Position numbers and translations under genes: made by a program
The notes under the pieces: model-generated
Databases searched by the model: none
What the model saw: only the letters and a program-made list of their open reading frames with translations
What the model was told of the DNA's origin: nothing
NCBI GenBank assembly: GCA_036405895.1
Contig: DASWWS010000002.1
Coordinates: 20,903-84,902, forward strand
Source of the DNA: Minisyncoccota bacterium
GTDB taxonomy: Bacteria > Patescibacteriota > Minisyncoccia > Phycocordibacterales > UBA9973
DNA length: 64,000 nucleotides
Direction: 5' to 3'
In this document: positions 30,167 to 39,772 of the stretch, in pieces
Layout of the letters: each line of letters starts with the position of its first letter
How positions within the stretch are numbered: position 1 is the stretch's first letter

Positions 30167-31348
30167 GTGATTAGACTATTAAAAAACGATGACAAGCTTA
30201 TTTTAAGTTACTCTACAGATAATCCATGGTTTCGTGACCGACTACGAAATGGACAAGATATTTCTCTTAAAAAGAGAGCATTTATCCTATCAAAAAATGA
30301 TATTTCTAAACAAGATATTGATGATGATGGCGCTGATGTAGAATTTATTCTTGGAAATTTAATTGAGGGTCAATATTTTAAAATTGAAGGTAGAAAACTA
30401 GGGATTAATCAGGATGTGTACATAGACAAAAATGTAGAAATAACAGAAAGTTTCTTTCTTGGAGTAAGAGACATCCCCATATTTCAAAAAATTAGTAGGG
30501 TAGTAAATGAAGACATTTATATTGGAGGTAAACTAGAGGAGTCTATACCCCTGGAGGAATTTGAACAGTTACTTAAGAATTTTCCAAATTCCTATGAAAT
30601 TGCAAAATATCTGGACGCTCGTCTCGCTTCTGTATTAAGTAACTATTTCGATTCTTCATCAAATGTAGAAGCGAAATATCAGCGCTACATGAACAAAAAA
30701 CAAAGTATCAAAGGCGAGGATTTACCTGAACTTTTTAAAGAGAGAGAAATAGTCAAGTACGAAACAATTCTCGAAAAACTCGAACTGATGCTTTTAAATC
30801 AAAATAAATATAACGAAAAACAGTGGCAGAAAGAAATACTCGAAATAATTCTACTTTTGTATCCTAAATATATTTACGCATTTGAAGAAGCCCCTATTCG
30901 GGATCAGTATCAAAGTAAGGATAGAAAGATTGATTTCCTACTCATTGATGCTAACGGAAACACGGACATTATTGAAATCAAGCGACCATTAAACGAAAGG
31001 ATTATCACAAAAGGACGGTATCGTGATAATTACATACCACTAAGAGAGTTATCTGGAACAGTGATGCAGATTGAAAAGTATATATATCATCTTAATAAAT
31101 CTGGGCAGACTGGCGAGAATAGATTGACCACGAAGTATAAGAGTAAGCTACCTGCTGATTTCAAAATAAAGATTACCAATCCTGGTGGAATGATTATCAT
31201 GGGAAGAGACAATCTTCTTTCTCGTGATCAAATGGAAGATTTTGAAGTGGTAAAGAGAAAATACAAAAATGTAATTGATATCATTACCTATGACGATCTC
31301 ATAAGAAGACTGAAATCTATTATTACAGCTTGGAAAAATAGAGCTTAA
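30167..31348 (+). CDS. Shedu-like defense nuclease (DUF4263 PD-(D/E)xK domain at C-terminus), GTG start
   Basis: 393 aa; C-terminal block KIDFLLIDANGNTDIIEIKRP (D...ExK) followed by VMQIEKYIYHL (Q..Y) as in DUF4263/SduA; N-terminal about 230 aa unassigned. Confidence 0.6.
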   Translation: MIRLLKNDDKLILSYSTDNPWFRDRLRNGQDISLKKRAFILSKNDISKQDIDDDGADVEFILGNLIEGQYFKIEGRKLGINQDVYIDKNVEITESFFLGVRDIPIFQKISRVVNEDIYIGGKLEESIPLEEFEQLLKNFPNSYEIAKYLDARLASVLSNYFDSSSNVEAKYQRYMNKKQSIKGEDLPELFKEREIVKYETILEKLELMLLNQNKYNEKQWQKEILEIILLLYPKYIYAFEEAPIRDQYQSKDRKIDFLLIDANGNTDIIEIKRPLNERIITKGRYRDNYIPLRELSGTVMQIEKYIYHLNKSGQTGENRLTTKYKSKLPADFKIKITNPGGMIIMGRDNLLSRDQMEDFEVVKRKYKNVIDIITYDDLIRRLKSIITAWKNRA

Positions 31349-31353
31349 ACTTA

Positions 31354-33285
31354 CTACAGGACAATAATTTCCCACTGATTTTGATCTATATCACTAAGAT
31401 TAGCAGTATACCTATCATTATGGATAGCAACACAAAGAAGATGCGTTGGTCGAGATAATCCAACATACATCATTTTTGTAGACTCTTTATGGTAAATTCG
31501 AGCGTCGTTAAATACCGTACCCTTGAATTGTGGACTTAACCTTTGTGACTCGTATGCAATAGTTCTTTGTTGGTGGTAATTTGTTTCAAGATAAAGAGTT
31601 GCTGTATGTGTTTGACCCTTAACTGAGTGAATAGTTGCAACTTCAACTTTGATACCGTCGCCATTATAAATATTTGGAGACTCTTCCACCTCAGTATTAT
31701 AAATTGGTGTTCCAGCATGAGGAGTATCAATAAATGTCCTGCTTTCCGCTATCTCTTTGCCAAACAAGGCAAGTAGGCTGACTAAATAGGTCTTTATATC
31801 AGTAAGAACCTGATCCTTTTGTCCTTTGATAAGCCTAAAACTCCACTCAGCTAATTTTAGCTTAAAAGAATCGTATACCTCCTCATCTTGCTCACTTAGA
31901 AAGCTTAGAAACTTTTGTCGTGTATAAAATCTATCATTCTCGTCAACAATATTTTCCAAACGTAATATTCTTATAATAGCGTTAATTATATTTTTCTTAA
32001 AAGGCTCAAAAGTTTTTTCCCCAGCCTTTATATTAGAGAGATAGGCCTCAAGGCAGTCACAGTCTATTTTGGGTTGTCTTGCATCTTTAGAAAAAGTTGG
32101 GTGGTAATCACCGATTCTGGTTTTATTTGCTTCAACTTTAGTATTCCAACCGATAGCTCTATATTTATTTTTTGGAGAGTTAGTTATCTTCCCCTCATCT
32201 TGGAAAGCCTTAATCATTTCTGCAAATCTTGATATAACTTGAGAAATATTTGCATCCGTATAAACAATTATATGAGGTTTAATATCTATCTCAGATCCAT
32301 CACCATTCTTCATATGCCCAACAATGGCTATATTTTGTAGACCAAAAGGTACAACAACCTGTGCGATCTTAGGATTAAGGCGGTGGCTACCATTCAACTC
32401 TAAGACGGTAGGTCTATCAACCCATTGAGTATTCGCTTTAGCGGAATCGCTAAAAATTGATTGATTCTTGTCTCCGATTCGTTGATAGACTGACTCACTA
32501 GCACCTTCGCTGTAAAAAAGTTTTTCTAGGATATCATATTGAAGAGAGTCCATATCTTGAACCTCATCAACAAACACAAAGCGGAATCTTTTCTGCAAAA
32601 GAGTTTTAATTTGAGGATATTTATCAATCGCCTCAAATGCCAAAATAAATGCGTCCTCAAAACTGAGATAGCCTTTTTCTCTGAGTTGCTTTTTAAGAGC
32701 CAGGATTGCAACAGCTGTAGCATTGGTAGTATCTGCAAAAGTAGGAACGGGTGGATATCCGCTTGCGAGCAAGTCATTTGGATGTAGCTTGATATTAAAC
32801 AGCTTAGACTCATCACTTGTTCCAAATTGATGACCTAGCCATGCCCTTGCGGGTCCAGGCACATATTGTGACTGATAATAAGATTGATCGTCGATACGAA
32901 AAACTTTCTTTCCATATTTATTCACATAAAAAGGCGTTGCGATAAATTTATCAACAAATATCTGGATTGTTCCAACAAAGTTTGGGTAACTGAACAAATG
33001 TGAACAATATTTGCCAATCTTGTCTTTGATTTCGTCAATCGCAGCGTTCGTATGAGAAATGACTAAAATACCTGAGCCATCAGCAAAAGGTAGGTATCTA
33101 TCAAGTATTAAAAGCTTTGCTAGGAGTGCCGTTGTCTTTCCACTACCAGGAACAGCTTGTAGATCTAGAATCTCAAGATTGGTGATAAAATCACGTCGCT
33201 CCTGATCAAAATGTTGTCCATCTGGAAGCAGTATTGATTCAGCATAAGCAATATCATCTTCCGTAACATTAAGAGTTTGAGGCAT
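31354..33285 (-). CDS. gajB: Gabija GajB-like UvrD/PcrA-type superfamily-1 helicase
   Basis: 643 aa; Walker A AVPGSGKTTALLAK, motif II FVFVDEVQD; overlaps gajA-like gene by 17 nt. Confidence 0.75.
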   Translation of the reverse strand: MPQTLNVTEDDIAYAESILLPDGQHFDQERRDFITNLEILDLQAVPGSGKTTALLAKLLILDRYLPFADGSGILVISHTNAAIDEIKDKIGKYCSHLFSYPNFVGTIQIFVDKFIATPFYVNKYGKKVFRIDDQSYYQSQYVPGPARAWLGHQFGTSDESKLFNIKLHPNDLLASGYPPVPTFADTTNATAVAILALKKQLREKGYLSFEDAFILAFEAIDKYPQIKTLLQKRFRFVFVDEVQDMDSLQYDILEKLFYSEGASESVYQRIGDKNQSIFSDSAKANTQWVDRPTVLELNGSHRLNPKIAQVVVPFGLQNIAIVGHMKNGDGSEIDIKPHIIVYTDANISQVISRFAEMIKAFQDEGKITNSPKNKYRAIGWNTKVEANKTRIGDYHPTFSKDARQPKIDCDCLEAYLSNIKAGEKTFEPFKKNIINAIIRILRLENIVDENDRFYTRQKFLSFLSEQDEEVYDSFKLKLAEWSFRLIKGQKDQVLTDIKTYLVSLLALFGKEIAESRTFIDTPHAGTPIYNTEVEESPNIYNGDGIKVEVATIHSVKGQTHTATLYLETNYHQQRTIAYESQRLSPQFKGTVFNDARIYHKESTKMMYVGLSRPTHLLCVAIHNDRYTANLSDIDQNQWEIIVL

Positions 33286-35098
33286 AACGTATTGCTTTTA
33301 TTAAGTAGCTTATAGTGTCAGCTTCATCGTCCTTATTAATAGTGACTAACGATGTAGTGTTTTGAAAATTCTTATCTAAAAGATTAGCAAGCTTATAGGC
33401 GATTTCTGTTTTCTTTAAGCCTTTATTGATCAACTTTTCGGCTAGTGATTTTTCAAAATCATCAGTCCAATTTGTTCCTGTATGAATAGCCTCAACAACC
33501 ATTTTAAAACTATCAGATAGACAACTCGAGTTTAGAAGTGAGTATTCTAAGGTCCACTGTGGAGCAACAAAGAATTTTACATTCTCTTCTGATCTAGCCT
33601 CTATAGTAGGAATTTTAGCTATTGTTTCTGCCTCTACCGTAGCTGTATCAATCTTTGCAAACTCATATTGATTTTTCCCCGCTACCTTAACTGGCTTACC
33701 ATCGCCGTCTAACACCAAATCTTTCTGGTATCTTGGCACGTCTACATCAGTCACAACAGCAACAGGGATATTCATCGGACTACCACTTTGTCTCAAAAAG
33801 ATATTCGTATAATTTGAAAATCCTAGATTCCCAATATTAATAACGGTGACACCTTTTTCTGTTAAATCGATACCCATCTTTTTTGCAATACTCGGTATCA
33901 AAATCTCTTCTGCCCACCCCTCTACCAAAATGACACCTTTGGCAAAAAATAAATTTGCTTTTGTTGTATCAAGAAACTTTTCTAAAAAAACGTATTCTTT
34001 TTGATCGAGCTTTGTATATTCTGAACCCATTGGAAAAGCAGCGCCGTCTTTGCAAACTATTAGATGTTTAAGTTTTACCTTAGAAGCGAGATTGGGGCTG
34101 TGAGTAGTCAGTATAAGCTGAATATCCTTTTGAGCCTGAAGTACCTCTATAACCTGCATTTGAGCCTGAGGATGCAAATGTGCCTCTAACTCTTCAATTA
34201 AGCCAAGTCGTAAGCCATTCCAATTTGGTTTATTCAGGTGAAGTAACTCTGACGACATAAACAACTTGTTCAATGTTCCTAAGCCTGGGTTAATTACGCC
34301 CTTGAGCGAAAGCTCCAGTCTTTCAAGAATATTTTTCAGTTTTCCGTCATTAACTGTAAAAACAGATTCACGATCTGGGTGATAAAAAGACTGAATGTAC
34401 TTATCTATTTCATTTTTCAAATCCTGTCCTTTTAGATCACCAATAGCGACATCATCAGTGTCTTTTCCTTCAAAATATTTTTCAATCGAAGTATTAAAGT
34501 GTTTGAATATTTCAATTAGAAGGTGGTCATCTTTCTTGCCTTTAAAAGCATCATGTCCCTGAAGAATCTGGGACAATCGAGAGTTCTTTTTTGGAACCAA
34601 TTCTGATTCAGCATCTCGCAATGGTCGTAGATAAGTACTCTTCAAATAATCTCTGGCTTCTGCGTTTAGGGTAACCCCTTCTGTATCTACACCAGCTTTT
34701 ATGTCATAAGGAAATACCTGCTCTGATCCAGCACTTCTTTTTACATCCAATATTAATCTAAGAAAGCATTGTGCATCTTCTCCTTCACCGGTCCAACCGA
34801 GCCAATCAATAAAGTTCTTTGCTTCCTGAAGATTTAAATCAATGAACATTAGCTCAATCCTAAAACGAGAACTATTACCGAAGAAGTCATCTTGTTCTGC
34901 TCGAATCCAGTCAAAACTGTGAGTCTTAAGTGTAAGTTTTATAGCGTCTATAATTGCTGATTTTCCTGAATCATTCTCACCGATAAGAACATTCAATCCC
35001 TTGGTGAGGTTAAGGTCTAAATCTGGAGAATCAAGATTGAAATCAGTTGGTTTTCCATATTTTCTAAAATTCCATAACTTGATATTTGCTAGATACAT
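33269..35098 (-). CDS. gajA: Gabija GajA-like OLD-family nuclease (ABC ATPase + TOPRIM)
   Basis: 609 aa; Walker A LIGENDSGKS, ABC signature/D-loop IEELEAHLHP, H-loop LILTTHSP, TOPRIM glutamate VILVEGWAEE and DxD VVTDVDV. Confidence 0.8.
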   Translation of the reverse strand: MYLANIKLWNFRKYGKPTDFNLDSPDLDLNLTKGLNVLIGENDSGKSAIIDAIKLTLKTHSFDWIRAEQDDFFGNSSRFRIELMFIDLNLQEAKNFIDWLGWTGEGEDAQCFLRLILDVKRSAGSEQVFPYDIKAGVDTEGVTLNAEARDYLKSTYLRPLRDAESELVPKKNSRLSQILQGHDAFKGKKDDHLLIEIFKHFNTSIEKYFEGKDTDDVAIGDLKGQDLKNEIDKYIQSFYHPDRESVFTVNDGKLKNILERLELSLKGVINPGLGTLNKLFMSSELLHLNKPNWNGLRLGLIEELEAHLHPQAQMQVIEVLQAQKDIQLILTTHSPNLASKVKLKHLIVCKDGAAFPMGSEYTKLDQKEYVFLEKFLDTTKANLFFAKGVILVEGWAEEILIPSIAKKMGIDLTEKGVTVINIGNLGFSNYTNIFLRQSGSPMNIPVAVVTDVDVPRYQKDLVLDGDGKPVKVAGKNQYEFAKIDTATVEAETIAKIPTIEARSEENVKFFVAPQWTLEYSLLNSSCLSDSFKMVVEAIHTGTNWTDDFEKSLAEKLINKGLKKTEIAYKLANLLDKNFQNTTSLVTINKDDEADTISYLIKAIRYASNS

Positions 35099-35167
35099 GA
35101 TGGGCTGATTCTAGCATTTTCAGAGATGTTTTTGAAATAAAAAATGTCTTAAAATAAATTTCATGTC

Positions 35168-36847
35168 CTAATACCCTCCCTGCGGTTGCTCGGGCTTTGG
35201 CGCATCAGGGTCGTCGGCGATGGCGACGTCGGTTGTCAGGAGGATGCCGGCGGCTGAGGCTGCATTCTGCAGTGCTGTGCGGGTGACTTTAACCGGGTCA
35301 ATGATTCCTTTTTTCATCATTTCGACTAGTACAAAATCGCCAGAGAGTGTATCTGCCCCTGCGTCATAGCCAAATGCATTCTCGGACTTCTGCACTGCGT
35401 CCACTACAAGAGACGGATCTGTGTGGCCTGCATTGTGTGCAATTTGCCGCAATGGTGCAGTGAGTGCATCAGTGAGTGCCATGTAGCCTGCCATGAATTC
35501 AGACTCGTGCTTATCTGTCGCAGACTTTTTGTAGCGCGCACTCTTGAACATTGCACTAGTGACAGTGCCAGATACTTTTGCAAGCGCCACTCCGCCGCCG
35601 GGCACAATTCCCTCTTCGATTGCAGCTTTGGTTGCGTTGACTGCGTCTTCGATTTTGAGCTTAAGATACTTCATCTCTGTTTCTGTTGCAGCCCCTACAC
35701 GAATAACTGCAACACCGCTGGTTAGCTTTGCGATGCGCTTTTCGAGGTGGTCGCGGGTGAACTTATCGAGCTTGCTGCCGCCTACTTGAGTGAGCTCTCC
35801 TTTGATAGCGTCAACACGTTCTTTGATAGCACTCTTCTTTCCTTTGCCGTCTACGATGACTGTTTTCTCTTTTGTTGAAATGACTTTGCCAGCTTTACCC
35901 AATACAGAGGTGTCTGCTGTCTCAAGCGCGATGCCAAGCGCATCAGTCACCACTGTTGCACCAACAAGCGCTGCAATGTCTGCAAGCTCTCCTGCCTTGC
36001 GGTCGCCAAACCCTGGGGCCTTGATTGCGAGAATATTGAAAATGCCGCGGATTTTGTTTAATACGAATGTCGTGAGTGCTTCGCCGTCGATATCTTCGGC
36101 AATAATCACCAATTCTTTTTTACCCGCAGCTGCGAGTTTCTCAAGAAGCGGAAGGACGTCCTTAATAGCAGAAATCTTTTTGTCGGTCACCAATACGGGA
36201 ACAGTGGTGTAGCTCGCCTCTCCGCGCTCTGCATTGTTGATCATGTAGTGCGAGACGAAGCCTTTGTCGAATTCCATTCCTTCTACCACTTCGCTTGTGA
36301 CACCAAACACTTGGGACTCTTCTACTGTCACCACGCCGTCAGTGCCAACCTTATCTATAGTACTTGCGATGATGCCGCCAATTTCAGTACTCTCGGCAGA
36401 AATGGTTGCAACCTGCTTGATCTCTTCTTTGTTTTTTACTGGGCGCGCCATGCCGCGAAGCGCCTCTACAACATCTGCGGCTGCAGCTTCAATGCCTTGG
36501 CGAAGTATCAGGCCATTTGCACCGGCGCCAATGCGCTTTACGCCTTCTGTGGCGATAGCGGCCGTGAGTACTACTGAGGTGGTAGTGCCGTCTCCTGCCG
36601 TGTCATTGGTCTTGCTTGCGACTTCTTTGATAATTTCGGCTCCCATGTTTTCGAACTTGTCGAGAAGCGTGATTTCGCGCGCGATAGAGACGCCGTCGTT
36701 GGTGATCATCGGCGCGCCGTATCCTTTATCGAATACGACATTTCGCCCGCGGGGGCCAAGCGTGATGCGCACTGCATCCGCTACTGTATTGAGTCCTTTT
36801 GTGAGCGCTTCTTGCGCTTCGATGCCGTGTAAGATTTTCTTTGCCAT
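35168..36847 (-). CDS. groL: chaperonin GroEL (60 kDa)
   Basis: MAKKILHGIEAQEALTKGLNTVADAVRITLGPRGRNVV...; full-length; C-terminus ends PKPEQPQGGY (no GGM repeat tail). Confidence 0.95.
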   Translation of the reverse strand: MAKKILHGIEAQEALTKGLNTVADAVRITLGPRGRNVVFDKGYGAPMITNDGVSIAREITLLDKFENMGAEIIKEVASKTNDTAGDGTTTSVVLTAAIATEGVKRIGAGANGLILRQGIEAAAADVVEALRGMARPVKNKEEIKQVATISAESTEIGGIIASTIDKVGTDGVVTVEESQVFGVTSEVVEGMEFDKGFVSHYMINNAERGEASYTTVPVLVTDKKISAIKDVLPLLEKLAAAGKKELVIIAEDIDGEALTTFVLNKIRGIFNILAIKAPGFGDRKAGELADIAALVGATVVTDALGIALETADTSVLGKAGKVISTKEKTVIVDGKGKKSAIKERVDAIKGELTQVGGSKLDKFTRDHLEKRIAKLTSGVAVIRVGAATETEMKYLKLKIEDAVNATKAAIEEGIVPGGGVALAKVSGTVTSAMFKSARYKKSATDKHESEFMAGYMALTDALTAPLRQIAHNAGHTDPSLVVDAVQKSENAFGYDAGADTLSGDFVLVEMMKKGIIDPVKVTRTALQNAASAAGILLTTDVAIADDPDAPKPEQPQGGY

Positions 36848-36848
36848 A

Positions 36849-37145
36849 TTATTTGATAATCGCTAATATCTGGTCTTCGCGCAATATATAGTATTCGATA
36901 CCGTCTACTACTATTACTTCCGGGCCGTATTTGGAAAACAATACTTCGTCTCCCACTTTTACCTCAACAGGAATTGCTTCTCCTTTGTCGTTCTTTCGAC
37001 CCTTGCCCACCGCTGTCACTACTCCGCGCTCCGGGCGCTCTTTGCCAGCGGTGTCTGGAATAATAATCCCTGAGAGGGTTTTCTTCTCTGTTACCACGCT
37101 TACTACCACGCGGTCAGCAAGCGGAATGATTGTTGTCTTTGCCAT
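36849..37145 (-). CDS. groS: co-chaperonin GroES (10 kDa)
   Basis: MAKTTIIPLADRVVVSVV...GIIIPDTAGKERPERGVVTAVG; ATG at 37143-37145 (track ORF extends further upstream). Confidence 0.9.
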   Translation of the reverse strand: MAKTTIIPLADRVVVSVVTEKKTLSGIIIPDTAGKERPERGVVTAVGKGRKNDKGEAIPVEVKVGDEVLFSKYGPEVIVVDGIEYYILREDQILAIIK

Positions 37146-37197
37146 ATGCACACAGTATATAGGAAAGCGCGGGTATAAAAAATCCAAATAAAAAAAC

Positions 37198-37662
37198 TCA
37201 CTTTCGTGAGCCTTGTTTGATTCGGTGGGCATAATATATTGATGCCATGCGCAAAAGCGACAGCATCATGCCAATAGTGAGCACCACTGCACTTGCATAG
37301 ACAAATCCGTTAAACGGAAAGTACAACAACAGCAAGCGAAAGAGTGCTCCGAAAATAAAACTTCCCATAATGCAGGTGTAGCAGAACCGCACGATGTAGT
37401 ACCCCAAGAACGTGTTCATTACCGGAAAAATCACTGATTCGGGAGCGTCGTCCCACGGCATGAAAACGACAAGAAGAATGCTGTACATGATAATCAAGCC
37501 TATTTCCAGACCAAAGGAGGTGAGGAACAGTACTTTTTTTGCATAATCGAGGTCGTGGAGCTGTACCACTTGAACAATCCGCATGATGCAAAACAAACAG
37601 AGGAAAATGCAGATGAAGCGAGCAATGGCGACACTTGTCCGCGGAGAGGTATTTTCTTTCAT
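37198..37662 (-). CDS. hypothetical polytopic membrane protein (154 aa, 4 TM)
   Basis: hydrophobicity only. Confidence 0.4.
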   Translation of the reverse strand: MKENTSPRTSVAIARFICIFLCLFCIMRIVQVVQLHDLDYAKKVLFLTSFGLEIGLIIMYSILLVVFMPWDDAPESVIFPVMNTFLGYYIVRFCYTCIMGSFIFGALFRLLLLYFPFNGFVYASAVVLTIGMMLSLLRMASIYYAHRIKQGSRK

Positions 37663-37777
37663 ATTTCAATTTTTTTCTATATCACCATATTTGGGGTAAA
37701 TAATCAAGGGTAGCTTCGAAAAGCGCGCCTGGGTTTACGAACGGCACCGCGGGTGCTATAATCATCTCGTTTCACCT

Positions 37778-38005
37778 ATGGTAACAACTCTGCACAGCAT
37801 TCAAATAATCTTGGCACTTGCACTCATTGCCCTTATCCTTCTCCAGCGCCCTTCAAGCGATGCGAGCGGTATTCCTGTTGGCGGAGACAGTGCGTCATTT
37901 TTGCATACTCGCAGAGGTGCTGAGCGCTTCTTCTTTGTAATGACCGTATCGGTTTCGATTGCATTTGCTGCAGTCTCTCTCGCCGTTATTGTTCTTGCTG
38001 CATAA
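37778..38005 (+). CDS. secG: preprotein translocase subunit SecG
   Basis: 75 aa, two TM helices, LLQRPSSDASG...GG...F..RRG.E pattern matching the SecG signature LLQ.GKG..GG...F..RG. Confidence 0.7.
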   Translation: MVTTLHSIQIILALALIALILLQRPSSDASGIPVGGDSASFLHTRRGAERFFFVMTVSVSIAFAAVSLAVIVLAA

Positions 38006-38032
38006 AGAACCAGCCTCCTTCCACACACACGG

Positions 38033-39583
38033 GTGAGCCGACTCACAATGGCATCCTTTTTTTCTTTTCTCTCCCACAAAAAAATCCCCTCTCCACAAAA
38101 ACTCCGCGCCCTTTTGCGCGGGGAAATGACAGCATACCGCAAGCTTGCGATCGGCCTTTTTATCGCTGTGCTTACAGCGGCCTTTTTCACGCTCGTTGCA
38201 TTTCATAATTCATTCCTTGTCACCGTGCCCGCTCCGGGTGGCGCTTTAAGCGAAGGGATTATCGGCGCGCCAAAGTCTATCAACCCTGTCCTTGCAATGA
38301 CAGACACCGATATTGCGCTCACACACCTTATCTACGCCGGCCTCATGAAAGAAACAAGCGCAGGCGACATCATCCCCGAACTTGCCGAGAGCTATACCCT
38401 CTCGCCCGACAGCCGAACCTATACCGTAACCCTTCGCGATGCCAAATTCCACGACGGAAAAAAGCTTACTTCCAATGACGTACTCTTCACTGTGGGCAAA
38501 CTCCAGAACAGCGCACTGAACCCTGCACAAACAGCATATTGGGGCGATGTGGGCGTGGAAACGCCTGACGAAGCTACTGTTGTATTTCGACTTCCCTCTC
38601 CGCGCGCAGACTTTTTGCGCCGTATGACTGTGGGCATACTTCCGGAACATGTGTGGGCCGATATTGCCGACGAGAATTTTGCGACTGCTCCGGAAAATGT
38701 GCACCCTGTTGGCGCGGGCGCATTTAAGCTTGCACGCACTGCAAGCGAGCGTGGTGTAGCAACACTGCTTGTCTTTAAGCGCAATCACAACTATGTACTC
38801 GGTGCGCCTTTATTGAAAAAGCTCTCAGTGCATATTTTTAACAATCAAAATGAATTAATGAGCGCAGTTGAGGATGGCGACGTGGATGTAACGCTTGCGC
38901 TTGCCCCTGAAACCTTGCGCGATTCCGCGGATGCCGAATATTCCGTAGCCCCAATCACTACTCCAACCGAAGCGACACTGTACCACTTGCGCGGAGACGG
39001 AGGTGCGCTTGCGAATGCCGCATTTGTGACCGTACTTGCGCAATATATTGACAAAGAGCGAATAATCGATATAGTAGAAAACGGTTATGGAACTCCGATC
39101 GAAGAATCGGGTTCGCTTACAAAGGAAAATGAGAACGCGCACGACCGCCTTCTCGCACTTGGCTACCGATTGCAAAACGGTACGCTCATGAAAAATGGTT
39201 CTTCTGTCGGATTCTCGATAGCAACGATCAACACTCCTTCGAACACTGCTCTTGCCAATGCCCTTGCGGAAGAAGTCCGCGCGCTTGGAGTGACAGTTTC
39301 GGTAAGAAGCTTTGATCCGGGATTCTTTCAGTCGGCGCTTGCGAGCGGGGCCTTCAATGCCATTTTGGCAAAAGGCGCCTCGCCTTCAAATGCGTACGAA
39401 GCGGTCATCCCGCTGTACACGACCACTATTCCTTTTGTGACCAAAACAGATGCTCATGGTATTATTCCTCCTGTACTTATCTCTCCCGTGCTTCGGTACG
39501 CGAATGTAAATGACTGGTATGTGAATACCGACCGGCTCTACCCCGGCCTCGCGAAAAAGAAGACCGAGAACACTAATTACTAA
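38033..39583 (+). CDS. ABC transporter substrate-binding protein, family 5 (peptide/nickel type), membrane-anchored
   Basis: 516 aa; N-terminal TM; family-5 SBP hallmark ...LAESYTLSPDSRTYTVTLRDAKFHDGKKLTSNDVLFT... Confidence 0.7.
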   Translation: MSRLTMASFFSFLSHKKIPSPQKLRALLRGEMTAYRKLAIGLFIAVLTAAFFTLVAFHNSFLVTVPAPGGALSEGIIGAPKSINPVLAMTDTDIALTHLIYAGLMKETSAGDIIPELAESYTLSPDSRTYTVTLRDAKFHDGKKLTSNDVLFTVGKLQNSALNPAQTAYWGDVGVETPDEATVVFRLPSPRADFLRRMTVGILPEHVWADIADENFATAPENVHPVGAGAFKLARTASERGVATLLVFKRNHNYVLGAPLLKKLSVHIFNNQNELMSAVEDGDVDVTLALAPETLRDSADAEYSVAPITTPTEATLYHLRGDGGALANAAFVTVLAQYIDKERIIDIVENGYGTPIEESGSLTKENENAHDRLLALGYRLQNGTLMKNGSSVGFSIATINTPSNTALANALAEEVRALGVTVSVRSFDPGFFQSALASGAFNAILAKGASPSNAYEAVIPLYTTTIPFVTKTDAHGIIPPVLISPVLRYANVNDWYVNTDRLYPGLAKKKTENTNY

Positions 39584-39772
39584 CTTTTATATATGGAACA
39601 ACAAACAAACACACAACCAAAAAGACAATTTAACAATGCAACTCCTCGCACTCCGGGCGCGCCTGGTACAGGTGCTGGAAAGCCGAAGCGGTCATTCAAC
39701 CGTCGAGGACAAGGCGGCGGAGGCGGACGCAACCGACGCCCTGCATGGCCAAAAAATGAAGGCCAGGAAAAC

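Noticed and set aside
33269-35098. ABC-ATPase/TOPRIM protein as PARIS AriA/AriB or AbiL-like system
   Set aside because: ATPase and TOPRIM are in one polypeptide and the partner is a UvrD-type helicase, which is the Gabija (GajA/GajB) architecture, not PARIS.
27700-35167. Integrase/transposase/tRNA-linked att site for the defense island
   Set aside because: Searched both junctions and all ORFs: no tyrosine/serine recombinase, no IS, nearest tRNA is 21 kb away; only a weak AT-rich direct repeat was found.
35168-37145. groESL as part of the island
   Set aside because: Host-like GC and codon usage, canonical groES-groEL order and spacing; the composition break is after the groEL stop.
39593-39772. 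RG-rich N-terminal domain of RNase J as a confident feature
   Set aside because: No RBS at 39593 whereas ATG 39773 has a strong one; GC-rich in-frame leaders commonly create such artefactual extensions.
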